A stretch of 44,268 nt of DNA, filler included, from Catajapyx aquilonaris (lineage: Eukaryota), in assembly GCA_000934665.2 (NCBI GenBank). It is 2 parts of 2 records of this genome, joined end to end, with 100 filler letters (N's around TTAATTAATTAA, not from the genome) between each part and the next. Parts side by side here need not be neighbours in the genome. Positions count along the whole stretch, not along the records: positions 1 to 22,183 come from JYFJ02005935.1; 1 more part is not named here. One strand, 5' to 3'. This document shows positions 1 through 15,000 of this stretch, one piece after another. Within the stretch, counting starts at the first letter, position 1. Each line of letters opens with the position of its first letter. The position numbers and the translations under genes were made by a program. The notes under the pieces were generated by a model that was not told the DNA's origin, ran no database searches, and worked only from the letters and a program-made list of their open reading frames with translations.

Positions 1-3000
1 AGGACGACGACGTCAAATGCTGGGAGGAATAAAAGGGACCTCTAGACCAGAACAGATTCTTACAAATCCAACATGAACCGGAAGATTTCTTCCAAAAATT
101 TAGTAAACAAAATTTGTGGGGGGAAAATGCACAGATCGATTCAGATACACTTGTCACGCAACTCATACTTCAAGTAATTCGCTTTTTTCCTGTCCCAATA
201 ATTAACAAGCTTGTGGGATTACTGACGACGCAAGAACCGAAAATCGATGCACATATTCTTCCAGCATTAATCACAAGAACTATACAGACGCCGCATTCCG
301 ATATGTCAAAAACCGACGCACCGAGAAAGGTCAGAGTTGAACAAAAAAAACCCCAACGTAAAACCCCCAAGCCGCAGGTGCATTAAAAAATTGAAGGCTA
401 GTGAACATATGCCCTTAGGAGATGCGGGTTTACCTGTCACATTGCACTTCCACATTTCAATCACAGATGACAAAGTGATGTCTACCGCATGATAGAGCGT
501 GACCCAGGGTGTTCCCGAATCCATGAAAACGCCGCTCTCTCCATTTTTACGCGGTCGGGAACGCCATACTGCAAAGGTCACCAAAATTAACCACCACTTA
601 CGGCCTCATCACTGCACATGACTGTCACGTCTTTCCGCCTCGATTTGTCGCAGCATCGTTACCGACCGGAGTCAACTCGAAACTGTTTATTACATCCCTC
701 CGGGCTTCTGAACCTGACATAATTGGTCACTTTTGGCCACCTCAAGCTTCAGCCCCAAAATTCTATCCCCCTCTCTTGTTCCGGGCATCAATAAGGAGAG
801 TGGCGGTGGGAGTGACAGTGACCATGATCCTCTTGCGGGCCCCCAACGAAAATCTTGCGGCCTGTAAGAGCCCCAAGTGGAAAAGCCGCACTTTCATAGA
901 GGGTGGGGACTTGATGAAGGCAGGTGGATGCTGCTCTTCTCTATCTCTCTCTTTTCTCTTCGTCCACTCTCCACAAGGGGCCGCGTTGGCCATTTGCAGT
1001 AATGACCACCAGGAAAGGATGGTGGTAGTTGGGGGGAGGCCCGAGAGGGAGAAGTCCCTCCCTACTCTCTCCCCCCACCCCCCCGAATCGGACGAAGAGG
1101 AATCAATAAAACGAGACTTTGGCCAAAGGTGACATTATGCCGTTCCCTGCGCCGACTCTTTGTTCCCTCTGACGTGATGGATGGTAGAGTCCGGGGGTGG
1201 GTTGGTGAGTAGAGAGAAAAAGCTTGGGTGGGAGAGAGAGAGAGAAGGGGGGGAGGCATGGCCATTTGGAGATGAGTCGTCAAAGCCTTTCGTGCAAATT
1301 ACTCGCGATGGTTTTAGCCCCCGATTACGTGCTGGAGGGTTATAGACCTCCCCATTCGCCCATCGCTTTCATAAAAAAAAAAAAAAAAAACTGGGGGTGG
1401 TNAAAAAAAAAAAAAAAAGTCGATAGCGTATCTCAGAACTGCTTGTTCGAAAAATTAGTTCGTTTGAAAATGTGCACGTTTTCCAGTTCATGTCAGATCG
1501 GGATTGGGGTAGTTTGATGTTCGCCGCCCCCTGAAATGCCTCATCAAACTTGATATAGGGAGGTTATCTTTGTTTAGGAAATGGACTGATGCGACTAGAT
1601 CCGCGTGCTAACAGGTGTTGCCCGGAGTTTAACATACTCTTCCAATCATGCAGCAACCTCCTGAATGTGACTGGGCCCTTACAAATGACGCCTTACAACA
1701 CCTAGTAAATATTAATATCGTCCATTGCCAAGTGGTTGGTGTCGCTGACACACCGCCAGCGACAGAGAAGAAAACCAGCATCAGAGAGTGGGGGGTTGGA
1801 AGAAGAAGAAAAAAAACGAGAGAAAGAAATGAGAAATTACCAGGATTATAGGAAACCCTCTTATGACAGGTTGGGGGCGAGCAGATGAAACGGCGGCGCG
1901 ATTCCCCATCGGGAGTAATTGAAAGGAGGAGGGCCGGCGAGAAAGACTTCATTAGAGGTGGGTTAGGCGGCACCCCCCGCGCAACCCGAGGACCTGATAA
2001 AGATTCATAAAAAGTGATTTAGGCCCGCCGTTGCAGTCAGGAATGGCAGGGCGCCCACTCTCCTCACCTAAATAATCTGGCGGGCTGTATTGTGCGCGCC
2101 TTTGACGCTTATTCCCCGCCGTCTAATGAGCCGCGGGCAATGAAAGCCACCAAGCCTTTGCAGCTTCGATCTACTCTTCTTCTCCTTCTTTCCACCCCAA
2201 AAACCTCCCCAAAAAACCCCACCTCCATCATAAGGAAAATGTGCGTGGCAAGGTCGCTAACCGAAAGTGTCGCCTCCAGCAGCCCGACTTCTTCGCGGTT
2301 GGCTACCCTGAGGATATATCAAAATGGCGGGGCTCCGGTTCCTCTCCCCTAAATGAGACGTTCACGCGCAGGCATTCTTGTGACCCAAATCCACGGTGCT
2401 TAAATGCGCGCTACTCATTTTGGCCGTGATTTATGGCCAGCCCATGCACGACTTTCGCTTGATGTGTCACGACTCGCCCGATGTCTCCGTACTGTCGGGG
2501 AATTACTGGTTTTGTCACCGGTTGGGTGTGTGCCCTATCTGCTGATCTGAACGTGGCAGTAGCAGCTCCTTACATATTGCTATTTTCTATAATGAAAATC
2601 CCATTTGAATTACAGGGTGCAGCCTCTGGTAAGTGCCATCCCCAGTCTTCAATTCTTCCTTACTCCCCCTCTTCCTTCTCTCTCTCTCTCTACACAACAA
2701 ACGCATTTGCTTTTCTCATTTCCTCCCCCAAGCTGCGACGGGGGATTGCGAGGCCTTATTTAGAGCTGGGCTCCACAAGAGAACAAGAGACGAGACCTCC
2801 GCTTCTCTGCCTTCCTCCTCCACGAAAAGGGACGCTGGGGATCTCACTAAAAGGGCTAATGGTGGTCGCACGACCCATGGCCCCAGCATATTCCTGCAAC
2901 AACTGGTCACACAGGCGATACGGACCCAACCTCGTCCAAGTGTGATACTGCCAGACATCACGCGACGCCCACTTTTGTGATCAAGTTTTTCAAGTGCCGG

Positions 3001-6000
3001 GGAGATTAGAATTAAGGCGACGGCAGGCAATCGCCTTATCTTGCCGGTCGTGAGGTGTTAAAAACGCTGCCCATGCACGGCTTTCCCCTCAATGTACGCA
3101 AATCCTGACTGCTATGTTTTTTCTCTCTCTATCTCCTGCCCGTCTAGCACCTGTCCATGGGGAAATTCACGCCATCACGATTTGCGTTAAGCCGCCGACA
3201 TGAAGGACGTGTTAAATGGTCAGAACTTCCATACCCGCCATGTGAAGACAAGGCGCATTGCAATTTTGCCCAACACTACTCAATAAAAGCAGGTACCGGG
3301 GGCGACTCGACCGAATAAAATCCGAAACACGCACGCAATTCCTGGGCTGCTAAAGGAAGACCTCCGGAAAGCTCCTTTCGTCTGCTGTCTTGGTCTCCTC
3401 CTCCTCCTACTCTCCCTGGCTTTGAAGCAGGAAAAGCCTCTTTTCGTCGCCAGCGACAAGAGCATTTGGGCCCGTTTACGCGCTTCCCAGGTCAATCCCC
3501 GGCAGCCCAACAGTCGGCCAAATTATTTACTCAAGCCAATGAAGTCCAAGTAGGTCTCACCCCGGTGTAAAAGGCAACTGATAAGGCTGGCTAGCACGCA
3601 AACAAAGTCAAATCCCTTTAAGGGTTCATAAAGAGGTTTACGACGCTCTAATACCCCCGGCGAGCACTCCACGCCAACCGTTCCGGCCCCTTTGCTAGAA
3701 CAGCAATCACATCCCGAATGGCTACCCTTATGTGCCCGTAAAACTCCGCTTATGATTCTTTTTACCTGGCAACCCTGCCGGAATTACGTCAAGGGAATGA
3801 TCAGAAACAAGAAGCCCGGGAATAAGGGAAGGGAAACGTCTGATGGGATTACGGGAAGGTCCACGCCATTTTAACCCCGCTTAAATTCCTTCTTTTTCTC
3901 TCCAAAGGGGGACACATTTGAACCGCCGCAAAACCAACGTCATACAGTGACACCAATTGGAACAATTGGCAATTCCTGAAGATTTACGGCCGGCAACCTG
4001 CGGCCGTGTGTCCGCATAACATACACCGAGCGTGAAATCAGTTGTATAAATTTCCTAGTGGAATTAAACGACACAAATACGCTGTAATTATGTCATAAAC
4101 GTGGGAAGTCGAACCAGTTCTCCCAGCTCGATAGTTACGGATACACGATAGTNCCCCCCCCCCCAAGTTTCCATGGGGCTGCAACCACCAGACCATGTCA
4201 TCACAGCAGTTGGGCACATCGGATGTACAGCCAGCTTCAAAATTACCAACCGACCTCCTTTAATTAAAACCCGGGTGTGATTAGGACGCCGGTCCATTGT
4301 TGCCGAGTTTAAGTCGAGAAGTCTCGGGGAGCAAGAAGGAGGAGAAAAAAACTAAACGAGGTGTGGGAGGAAGCCCCTGATGGGAAATTTCCCAGAATAA
4401 CAGACCCTTGTCTGGATTCATACCAGCGTGACTAGNGGTAAACTAGAGAATAGGGGATGAGTTTCCACCACTGGCACCGCCACTGCCACTCAGACGTAAT
4501 CTGGCGCATTGTAATCTCGAATTGATCTGGGGGCGGGGGCGAGAGGGGTGGGGAGGGGGGAGCAGAAAAGCAAGGGAGGGAGAGAACAAGATGTAATTCT
4601 CTATTGAGGGATAGGGAGGGTGCTGGCTCTTCCCAACAATGGGATTCGCATCCACTGTCGCAACATCTGCTGCACAATTCCCCCTCTCTTTTTTTCCCTT
4701 CCCCAGCAGCGTACAACCAAACCAAACCCTCTGAGGGATGGTCGCCATGACTCATTTTTCACTACTGTTTACGCTGCCTGTTTAAACGACAAACATGTTA
4801 GCCACAATTGCTGCTCTGGCTCGGATTAAAGCCGCCTCCCCAATGACGCAAAAAAAAAAAAAAATCACACCGCGTTTGTTCCATGCAAAAATGTGCAAAT
4901 GATGACTACCGGCCGTTCAACTATCGTAATGCAATCAGGTGTTTTTTAAAATTCCAAAAAAAAAAAAAACATAACGGGCAAAGTCGATTTTTTAATTGGT
5001 GGGATGTATCGGAACCGATGAATGCAGTTGGCTCACTATAAACATTTTATTCGAAAAACAGAGCCCTTTAAAATCTCATTTCCCGATAGGGATGAGTAGG
5101 ATTGCGTGATTGTTAAAAATCTAAACCTTTCAAACTGTTTCAAATCGGATAGTTTTTTTCACACCACAAAAATTGCCAGTCCCATCCAACCCTCCCAATG
5201 TCCAAGAGACAGCAAAAGAGAGTCGGTGCAATCAGGACTGCTGTGCCAAAGTTTTACGGAGCGATTGCGGGATTTTATGGACGCCTCCTCTGGCGGGGAG
5301 AGTTGTCGTTTGCATGAATTCCGGCAGTGAGAATGAAGAAATTGGGGGCGGGAGCGGGTGTAGTTCGATTCCATAAACACAAATAGGCCCCCGCAGGCAG
5401 TGTCGTTACTGTTCAAAACGTCGGGCAAGGTGTCAGCTCGAGATAAATGCGCCCATCTAGCTCTCGTTCGCGCTTGTTTTCCACTCCGCGCGGTTACACT
5501 ATTTCCACCCCCCTCTCTCTCTTTTTTTTAAAACCCTCGCCTTTGCCATAATAATCCCGGCTAAGCAAACGGGTTATGAACTACGCTTTTGTGATCCTTC
5601 CATAATAAAACCGGCGTTTACGGTTTGCCCAGAGGGGATGTCGAGGCTGGGGTGGAAAAAAAAAGAGGTGAAATATGAATGCAAAAGTTGGCGCTGCCTT
5701 TCTGCTACAAATGCGATTTCAACTACCGATATGCTCATTTAACTAATGTTTCTCAGCGCCATGGGTACCGTGGCGCCCACAATTCGCTCGAGTGTATGAA
5801 CCCACTCTGGGGGAATAAAAAAAAAACTCCTCTCTACCACCCCCTAGAAAAATGCGAAAGGTGTCGGTTGGCAGCGGTGTAGGTGGCGAGTAAGCTCCCC
5901 GGAGCCACGGATCAATGTTGGTGCTCCTGCCGACGCTCAAGATGCTTGTTTCCGCGGGCTGGGGCGCCGGGATGCCAGAGCCGTATAATGACGCCGGGGC

Positions 6001-9000
6001 CAGAGAGAGAGGGAGAGACTTCCCATCTCCCCAAAACCACCCTCCCTTCCCTGCCCCGCCTTCCCCCCAGCCTCCATTACTCCCCCCCTCTTCCTAGCTG
6101 CACGGGTATTGATCAAAGAGTGGGGAATCACTCCTATTAGCAAAGGAGGAAGGGATGGGGGTTGGTTCCGGGTAAGGGGTGTGGGTTGGAAGAGGAGGAG
6201 GAGGAGGAGGCGAGAAGGTCGTGAAGCCAACCATTTCCATGAAGTTGGGTGGATGAGACCGAAGACTCACACCGGAAGAAAAAAATTCCGGGGTCGGTTT
6301 TCGTAAACTTCCCCGTCACCTCGAGATAACTGTGGCTACACTGGAAGCGCGTGCAAGATGGCCACCCCGGCCTCCTAGTTCACTCGAATCATCATGCCCT
6401 GATGTGAACAATCCAGCACTTGTAATCACCATTTTTAGACACATAAACAAATTTATGTGCGAATTAGTCACATTCTAACAATCCGACTCAAGGTGCACCA
6501 TTGTTCATTAACGAAAGCGAGTCGCCCACACACCGAATCCAAACGGCTTACAGAATGCGAAAATTGGCGCCGCACTAAGGCGCTAAGCATGCGGCTGTAA
6601 AATTTATTAGTATTATTTATCCCCGCGGCATATGCCGAACAGACAAAAAATCCAACCATAAACATTTTAACGTCCGCTCATCCCCCATGCATTAAGCGAT
6701 TAGCACCCCACGCTCAATTGTTATTACCTGCTAAGCATTCCTTCGGCATAAATGGATACTGCATATAATCAAAGTTGTGTTCGGGTGTTAAAGAACCCCG
6801 GAGGAAGAAGAAAATGCAATATGGAATGGGTAAAGAGCTCGCACTCGGAATTTTAAACCAACTTTTTCTTCTTCAAGGAGGACAAAAAGACTCCGAAGGA
6901 AATGCTGCCAATTATGAAGAAGTGGTCGAAGTCTGCGGATTAGCCGCGGGAATCTCGCCAACTTGGCTCCTTTTCCAGTTTTCGTTTTGCAAACTGTAGG
7001 CTCCCCCTCACTTTTTTAGAGCAAAAAATAATATAATAAAAAATGACGGTTATGTCGGCCAGATGAGATGACGACGACGGCTAACTGCGTCGTCGCAAAA
7101 TCGACCTCGCCATGACCCTCATATGTCAACACCGCTAGTGCCATACATATACTGTAACCGGAATCGAGAAAATAAGCCTTCCCAACAAATTATGAGCTGG
7201 AACAAGTGCATATCTGGCGGCTCAGACGTGATTTACAAAAATTTGCTGCGTTTTCATTCGGAGAACGACACGGGGGGGACCATTCATCGCATTAACAAAT
7301 CTCTGGAATTTTTTCATTAAGAGGACGAGGGGAGTTCAAATGGATGGGTCGTGAGAACGGAAGGTTAGGGTTCGATGTTTTTTTGCGTGCAATTTTAAGA
7401 TGTAAGACGGTTGCTTTATTGCATGCTTTTGTCATGCCAGTCAGCCTAACGAGATTATTTACCCTGCGATTGCAATTCTAACGAGCAGATTTTAATCCAA
7501 CTATTTAATTAAACTTAACCGGACAATAATCGGCTAAAAGAAATGCGATGCCTGCACGCATGCGTCTGCAATGTCACACTAACTCCGAATCCCCGCATTC
7601 CCCCACTCCTCCCCCTCTGCCCCCCACGCTCCTCCGCTGCTCTAATTACCATTATTTCCTTCAGATCACATTCTCCCTCCGAAACACAGCGGGCACTTTT
7701 CTGCTGATGCCAAGCGCGGAAGCTGGGGGGGGGGGGGGGGTTGGTAGGAGAGAGGGTAAGGATGGGGGAAGGCTGGGTTTGGGTGGGGAGGAATGGGAGG
7801 GAGGGAGAGATTCAACTTGCGCCAGAGAAGCTGCAGGGGCGGTGTTGCCGCTTCTCTTGGGGAAAATTTTGTCTCCTTTCAATGGTAACTTACGCGGGCA
7901 TGACTGCAGAAAATGATTCCTGAGACGACGGCAATGATTCCGACCGGAGGCATTGTCTTCTTTAACGGGGCCAGGCATGTGGCATGGCCTGTCTGCTATA
8001 ATATTAAACTAAAAGGGAGCTTCCAGTCACGACTGCACAATTGTATTAAACCGTACTATGCTCAAACGTAGCAATTGTAAAATTGCACTTTCCGATCCAG
8101 AATATTTCATTCATGCCCTAGCCTGCAGTGAAATTGGCGAAATGTTCAGTAATGACTGCAGAGCGCATTAAGTTTTCTCCATATACTCCGACCCCTCTTT
8201 TCCTAGCCAAACTTCTTCCTAAATTGCAATAATAGTATTAATAAAGCTTCCCCATTTTGAACCTGCCGTCTGTTCTGGGACGCAGACTCCTTAACATAAT
8301 TATTAATGGCCTCAAATGAGAGCCTTGGAAGGGGGGGGACGTGGCCCAGAGGTAGGCCTGGGAAAACAAATTGAATTACTTTTCAAGGCAAAGAAGGATG
8401 AGTTTCCAGACCACGACAGGTTGCCTTATGCTTTTTCTAAACGTGCTTAGGATTCCACCATGCAGTGCACTGTACACTGGATGAATTGAGGGAGGCGGAA
8501 TTTCCATCTAGCCCCCAGGAAAAACTCCACCCCCACCTCCACTCGGTCCAAAATGAACATGGCGCTGCGAATCCTCATCTTCTGCCTCCTTTTTTCCTCT
8601 CCCTCCCTTCGTCTTCTTCGCTTCCCCCGCTGCCTTTATGCGGAATCATGGAGCTGGAAGCAGAGACAAATGGGCCTGGACCAGCCCCTGATAGGCCCGC
8701 CACAACGCGATAGCGCCAACTGGGATGAATTCCCGGCTTCTCTTTAATGAGCATTTTTTTCTGAGTTGACATGACGAAGATGGGAGTCAAACCAATCATG
8801 CTCTGAGTGTTCCTCCACCTTTTCCAGGCAAGCCCAGTACAAAAAGTAATGGCATATAACTCAATGTTACAGTGTCACCCACGGCCACCTTCTCTCAAAA
8901 CAATCATGTCACCATTTATTGACACTGATAAAAAAAACGCGAGATTGAAAAACACTGTCTGTAAGAAGTTGACGTTGCGTCTTTCCACCAAGCTGAATAC

Positions 9001-12000
9001 GCACCATGACAAAGTGGAAGAACGGATCAGGAAGAGGGCTGTAATCCCCTGCTGACTGTAAAGTAAACGGGTGTCATCCTGCAAGTTAGAGAACCTATAT
9101 GCCTCTCTTGCCTCACTCCATCGCAGCATTACAGGAGCCTACACATCTCACCAATCGCAATATGTCCAAAATAAAAGTTCAGGCCAGACCTTAATGCGAC
9201 TGTACTGTTCTGGGCAGAAATAGAAAACAGACATAGTTTAGGTCTCATCCCTCTCGCTCAAAAAAAAAGGGTAGCTCATTAGCCTTGCCCGAACGGATTG
9301 AAGCTCTTCTAAATGAGGAAGTCCCCAAGAGGAATTAGTTCCAGCGGCAGCAAAATTCGAGTTGGTAGCGGTTGGGAGGGGGTGGCTTGCAAGTGGACAC
9401 CTCGCAGCGATACATATATCCTCCCCAGCACAGCATATACCCCCCCCTACCCGCCCCTTATCTTCCGCGACAGACGCTTGGTCACATTTGCACGGACGCC
9501 ATAATTCTTGGCTGCGTTCGGAACCACTACATGGATCTCAAGGGGAATGAATGGATGATACGCATGGTAAACACGGATTCAGGCAGCAGCAGCATCAAGC
9601 GGCAAAGGGGTGCTGCTCTGCCCGTGGTGGTTCTAGGGGGGTGGAAAAGAGAAAATTTTAGCTAGAGTGGGAGGGGGGAGAAGTCAGGGGAGCGAAAATA
9701 AACATGCAAATTACCGCGCATCCCTTACAAGCAAAGAAATGCCTGGGCAATTATTCCGGAGGTTTCCTCATTTTCTGGTCCCCTCCCTACTGGAGTGGAC
9801 GTTTTTTGGGAGTTAAGGGGATGGGGAGGGAGGGTCCAGCTCGCCATTTGCAGTACCTGGCCAAATTAATCAACGATAGTGGCATCTACACGCACCAGGA
9901 AATTCAGATGTATTACTGCATGCACTCCAAGGCGGATTAGCCTTTAGAACGCCAGGAAATTGCGTAGGAAATTCGTGACATTTATTTATTCCCCGCAGTT
10001 ACTTCAATTCTAATTGACTATATCGATATTGCCTGTCATTTGGTAATTACCCCCCAAAAAATCATATCTTTTACTCATTAACCACTGGCTATACATCAGT
10101 CAGGAATGATGAGTCACTGTCACGTCGTACCGTGACAAACTTTATGCCACTGGATTAACCGCATTCTTCCCATTACATAGAGCAGGCATTATAATTTGTG
10201 GTGTAATTTGTTCCTCTGCCAAACATCTATCGTGAATCGGCTGGCTGTCACCCCTTCGCAATCCACACTGCACCCAGACTGATGCCCTGCAATGATGCAC
10301 CCCTAAATCTTGAACTCGTGCAATGTGTACTGACCGAACCCATGTTATGTCACAGTAATTCAGATGCATGTGCAACTGCCCAGGCATTATTCCCTTTAAT
10401 AAAGTCATCCCAAATGACCCCCGCTACTTGGCCTGCCCAGCACCTAACACTCGCCTGAATACCCGCCGATAATGAGTGGTGACGTCGTACCCCCAGTGTT
10501 GAGGGAAACAATGGCAGAGTGAGAGATTCTGGGTCATGAAGGTCGTGACAAGCCATTGAAGGAGGAGAGCCCGCAACCATTGTTTCGTGCGGCAGCCGAG
10601 AAAAGAAACGTTTGCATTCAGGTGCGGACAGGTACAGCTGTTTAGAGTGACAGCTGAGGCATGTTGCGCATGGGAATCCACGCACAATGGCGGCAGAGAA
10701 GCCGGCGCCACCCTTACCAGCGCCGGTCCGCTCATTTTAGCACATGCCGCAAGCCCAGAGCAAAGCCGCCGCCATGAATTTCCAACCCTGCCTCTGCATG
10801 CCCCATCCTTATTTAACCAGCAAAAATATATCGCAAAATTTGCATCCCTTCAAACGCATAACCTGACTTGATCCGGGCCAATTAGTCCCACTCCGCCCCA
10901 CCCTCCCCACCTGCGGGACGCCAAGGATTATTGTTACGAGTGGCCCCAAATGCTTCCGGCCTAATGATAAAATATTCGGAAATAATGAGTGAAATGAGGG
11001 TGACGATCGGTTGGGTCAGGGATCGAACATCTGCGGTTATGAGGTCACGTGAGAATTTGTAGTTTCTACGGCAATTTCCACGCCAATGGCCTCGTAAATT
11101 GACTTTAAAACACGCGGGCCCCTGCTATTTGGGATTAATGCCAACAGGGGCCGCCGCGTCCGGCACGTGGGCCGGTTATTTATTTTTATTATTGTTGTCC
11201 CCCGGATTACCCGGAGATTGCTCCTGGAAAAAAGGTGCAAAAATCCGGTGTGCCCCCACCTGAAAAGTCTTGGGAGCTGTTGCTGTCGCATCTCCCTTGG
11301 CATGAGGCAAAGGATCGCGGCAGAAAAATCCATCTGGCAGGCGGGAATTGCCATGATTGCTCCCAGCAGACGTAGAGCGCGACCTGGGCACCTAAAACTT
11401 TTCCCCTGCTTTAGCTCAAAACCCGCCCTTCAGTCGATCACTGCCTACCAACCGCCATTGGGTTACACACAAAAAAGGAGGGGAATGCAACCAGCTTTTT
11501 GTACTTTTTTAAAAAAATGCAAGCCAGCCAATTCCGGAGTCTGACTGATAACAAGCGGGTAACCCCGCAAGGGTCTTTCTCTCTCAACCAACGCTGTCCA
11601 TGTGAGAAAAAGTCGCGGGGTATACGTGTGCCTCCGGTGCGGCAGTTATCAGAACCAGATATGGAAATGGCCCGGGGTATGCAAAACGGTTGACGGAGAC
11701 AGCAGGAAAAGAGCTCCCACATTTTCATTTTCGCTAAAATAAAGGATTGGAAATCCATGCCCCTTTTCGGCCACCCTCAAAACGCGCTAGGGTACGTAAA
11801 TATTGAAACGAACCGTGTCTCTCACATTGTTACGCACATCATCAATTGTTTATTTCCTTACCTTCGATGCATGCTCTGACATATTCCAGCAGTAAAACTT
11901 CCCTAACATCACGGCTGGGGGTCCTCTCATCCGCATCCAGGANNNNNNNATACCATCCCATCTCCACCATAGCCCTGGGGGCCTTCGTCATTTCACACGC

Positions 12001-15000
12001 TGCAACTTCGCCTTAATGAAGCAATTTTCAACCTCGAAAACAACCATTTGGTGCGCGTGGAGGCATAAGCTGTTTGTCCTGGGCGCTGTTGTCACGTTTG
12101 GGGCGCGGCCAAACCCCGGCCATTTTCCCACCCCCACCCATGGGAAATGGGATTTACATGACGTTGGCGGTGGACACGCTTTCCCGACGCCTCATTTCCA
12201 TCCAATACGACGAATAAACAGGTCACTGTGGCTTACGTCCCAATGACGCCATTTTTCCTCTCACCCCCCACCCGACCAAAGCGCGGCAACATTCCATATA
12301 CGTATACAAATTGACCAAATCACCGACCTCCCCCTGTTAAAATATGACGGCCGACCCCCCCTATTATTACCGAGCCTGGAGATGATTTTGGTCCCACCCT
12401 GCCAAGATCGGAAAAAAGAAAGGAAGAGAAATCTTTACGTCCGTCAATCGACTGCTGTCTGTAGGTGAGAGTCACCTCGGGTTCCTCCCTATAATTATGT
12501 TATAACGAACGCCGGAGAAAGTAATGGGAAGCTGACGTTTCCGCGAGGGGCGCCCTATAGTGCGCTAACGAGGGCCCAAATAATACCCTCGGTCAACAAT
12601 TCTGAGGTCACTTACCAACACTCGAGAGGGGGCGCAAACACTCGGTAATGAACGGTCCTTACCTGCAAGGACAAAAATGGAAGGCATTAGTAAACAATGC
12701 TGCTGGAGAGAGATTTTGGGCATTCGCATGGTCGCTAATGGCCCACGTGGAGGGTGTATGACTGACGCCACCAGTAGATGGCATTGCCCTGATCTAAGGA
12801 TATCGTCGGACCCACCCCCCAAAAAATCGGGTTTTCGCTAAAAATGGCCGTAATTATGAATTCGAGCGAGCACACATTGAGTGGCGCTCTCATTTTCCAG
12901 TCGGAGGAGCAATCGGCAGCCGGACTTGGGCTTTACTGAAAAGGGCTGGCAGGGAGTTTTGGGTGGGCTTATGGAAAAAGAGGGGGCAGTCAGCGAGCCG
13001 TATCCAGTAGATAAGGGGCTTGTTTTATGGGCGGGCGGCGGGGGCTTGGGAGATGACCAAGGGACGGTGGAGGCCCGTTCCGGGCTTGAAGGCAGCTGGA
13101 AGGCTTTACAGGACAAGGTTATCTGCAGACTCCAGATAGGGGAGGGATGCTGGCGTGATGGACGGCACACCGAGACGCGGGTTTGCGCCTCGGGTTATCT
13201 CCCGGGCAAGCCCAGCTCCGGATCTACTCCGGGAGGGGAAAAAGGGCTCCTGGGGGAAGGATGGACCGCGCAACATTCCGGGACAATGCGCGCGTTCAGT
13301 TCCATGCAATGAGCTTTTCAATCCCTGTGGTCTGCATTGCACAAAAATGACCACTACCTGCCCGGTTGGTGTTATTGGTGGTGGAGGATTCGGCAGGTGC
13401 TACAGGTGCATGTGGGGGGAGAACAAGAATAGGATGTGGCTTCGGCAACAGGTGAAACACGTCCTGATTAGCAGACGGGAGTCGAGAGGTTGACTGGTGT
13501 CCAGCTTGAGGAGCAGGGGGCTAAAAAGGAGCCGGGGCCATTAGGACCCTTGTCCATCTGCCCCACCGCAAACCGCAAAGATAGCGAGTAGCCTCCTGTT
13601 CACTTGCCTCTTCCAAGCAAACCCTCAAGGACACTGCAAGTACACACGATCGCAAAAAAAAATTGCACAGATCGTCTGACCAGTAAATGCAAAACATTCC
13701 ATCAATTCCCTGTCCCCCCAGAGACTCCGCCTAAACTCTAAAGGACAAAAGTCAACTCCCTCGACACCTCCCCCTAACCCTCTCCCCCCCACTCCCCATG
13801 AAGACATCAATCTTGTCCGAGTCAGCACTTATCCTGCGCTGTATCAAAAGGCCTGCTGGATCTCGGCCTTCTTGTACCCACCGGAACCTCCACTTCTTCC
13901 AGATTCCATCCTCCTCCCATTTCTCAGCACTAAACCCTCCTACCTTTTTTTTCATACTCCATTCCCTCTAAAGAATAAGAGAGAAAAAACCGTACCTATA
14001 CCCTAACATCACCCCTACAGCGAATCCAAAATGTTATTCACGAGCACCGGCAGTGGGGGCCAGGGGTTTCAACTTTGACCCCGACTATCCCGAGTACTCG
14101 AATGCCACTGTCTAGTCACGCTGGGAAAAGCCCTGGCCTGACTAGCATTTAGATGAGCCCTAACGATTTCAATAAATAAGGACGGAGACAACTTCGTTGA
14201 TTCTCCCTTTTCAAAGTTAAGTGTTTCGTTGCCGCAGGGCTACAAGACGGTTTTAAGAATGCAGCTGTGTGAGCTCTGATGCCTTTGACCGATAACGCTA
14301 TACCCTAAACGAGGAAGGCTGGCTTTTTATTCTTCCTTCTACCTGCGATGTCTTAAAGGTCAAAATAATCTGACGCCAAAACCAAATTATGCGATAAGGA
14401 TTTTTCACATGTTTTTTTGCAGGGCGGAGGTAATATCTGCATTTTGATTAACTTCCTGATTTATATTCCTTGGCCATCAACCTCGATATAAATCGCATCC
14501 CCGAGACCCCGCGAGACCCAACCTTTTTTTCCCCCCTCCCTTCTTCCCAAGTTTTCTCCCCCACTCCTCCTCCGACCGAAAAAAGCCCAAACTCTATTCT
14601 TCCTGACTCAGCCTTCACGTATGACTGGACTGGGTCCACAAAAGCCCCCAAACACATCATAGACGCTTCATTAGAGCCCAATCTCTCAGCGGAGGCCACC
14701 ATCTCCATGGGGCCACGAGGACCTTTTCCCACCTGCACAAAGGAACCTTACAACCATGAGGAATCGGCTTTGGGACGCCTGCCTTCTACCTCTCGCCCCC
14801 TCTCACAAAAATGAATTTGGGTTCTAAGCAAGGATGTAGAGAAATACCGGTGTATAAAATAGCAGGTGGCTGGCACATGCGCTCTTCACAGATCGAGAGT
14901 CCTGATATCCCAGGAATTTCTGATACCCCAGGGAAGGTTGGGGAACCGACCCGCAGTCTAATGGGACCCCACATCCAAGGATTCCATCTCTGGAGCTCAT

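Noticed and set aside
1593..1610. GACTAGATCC, similar to the miR-279 5' end
   Set aside because: Similarity stops after 10 nt and there is no complementary arm for a pre-miRNA hairpin.
10712..10738. Minus-strand AAAATG AGC GGA CCG GCG CTG|GTAAGG, possible micro first exon (MSGPAL)
   Set aside because: A start codon plus donor this short is expected by chance, and no partner exon was found.
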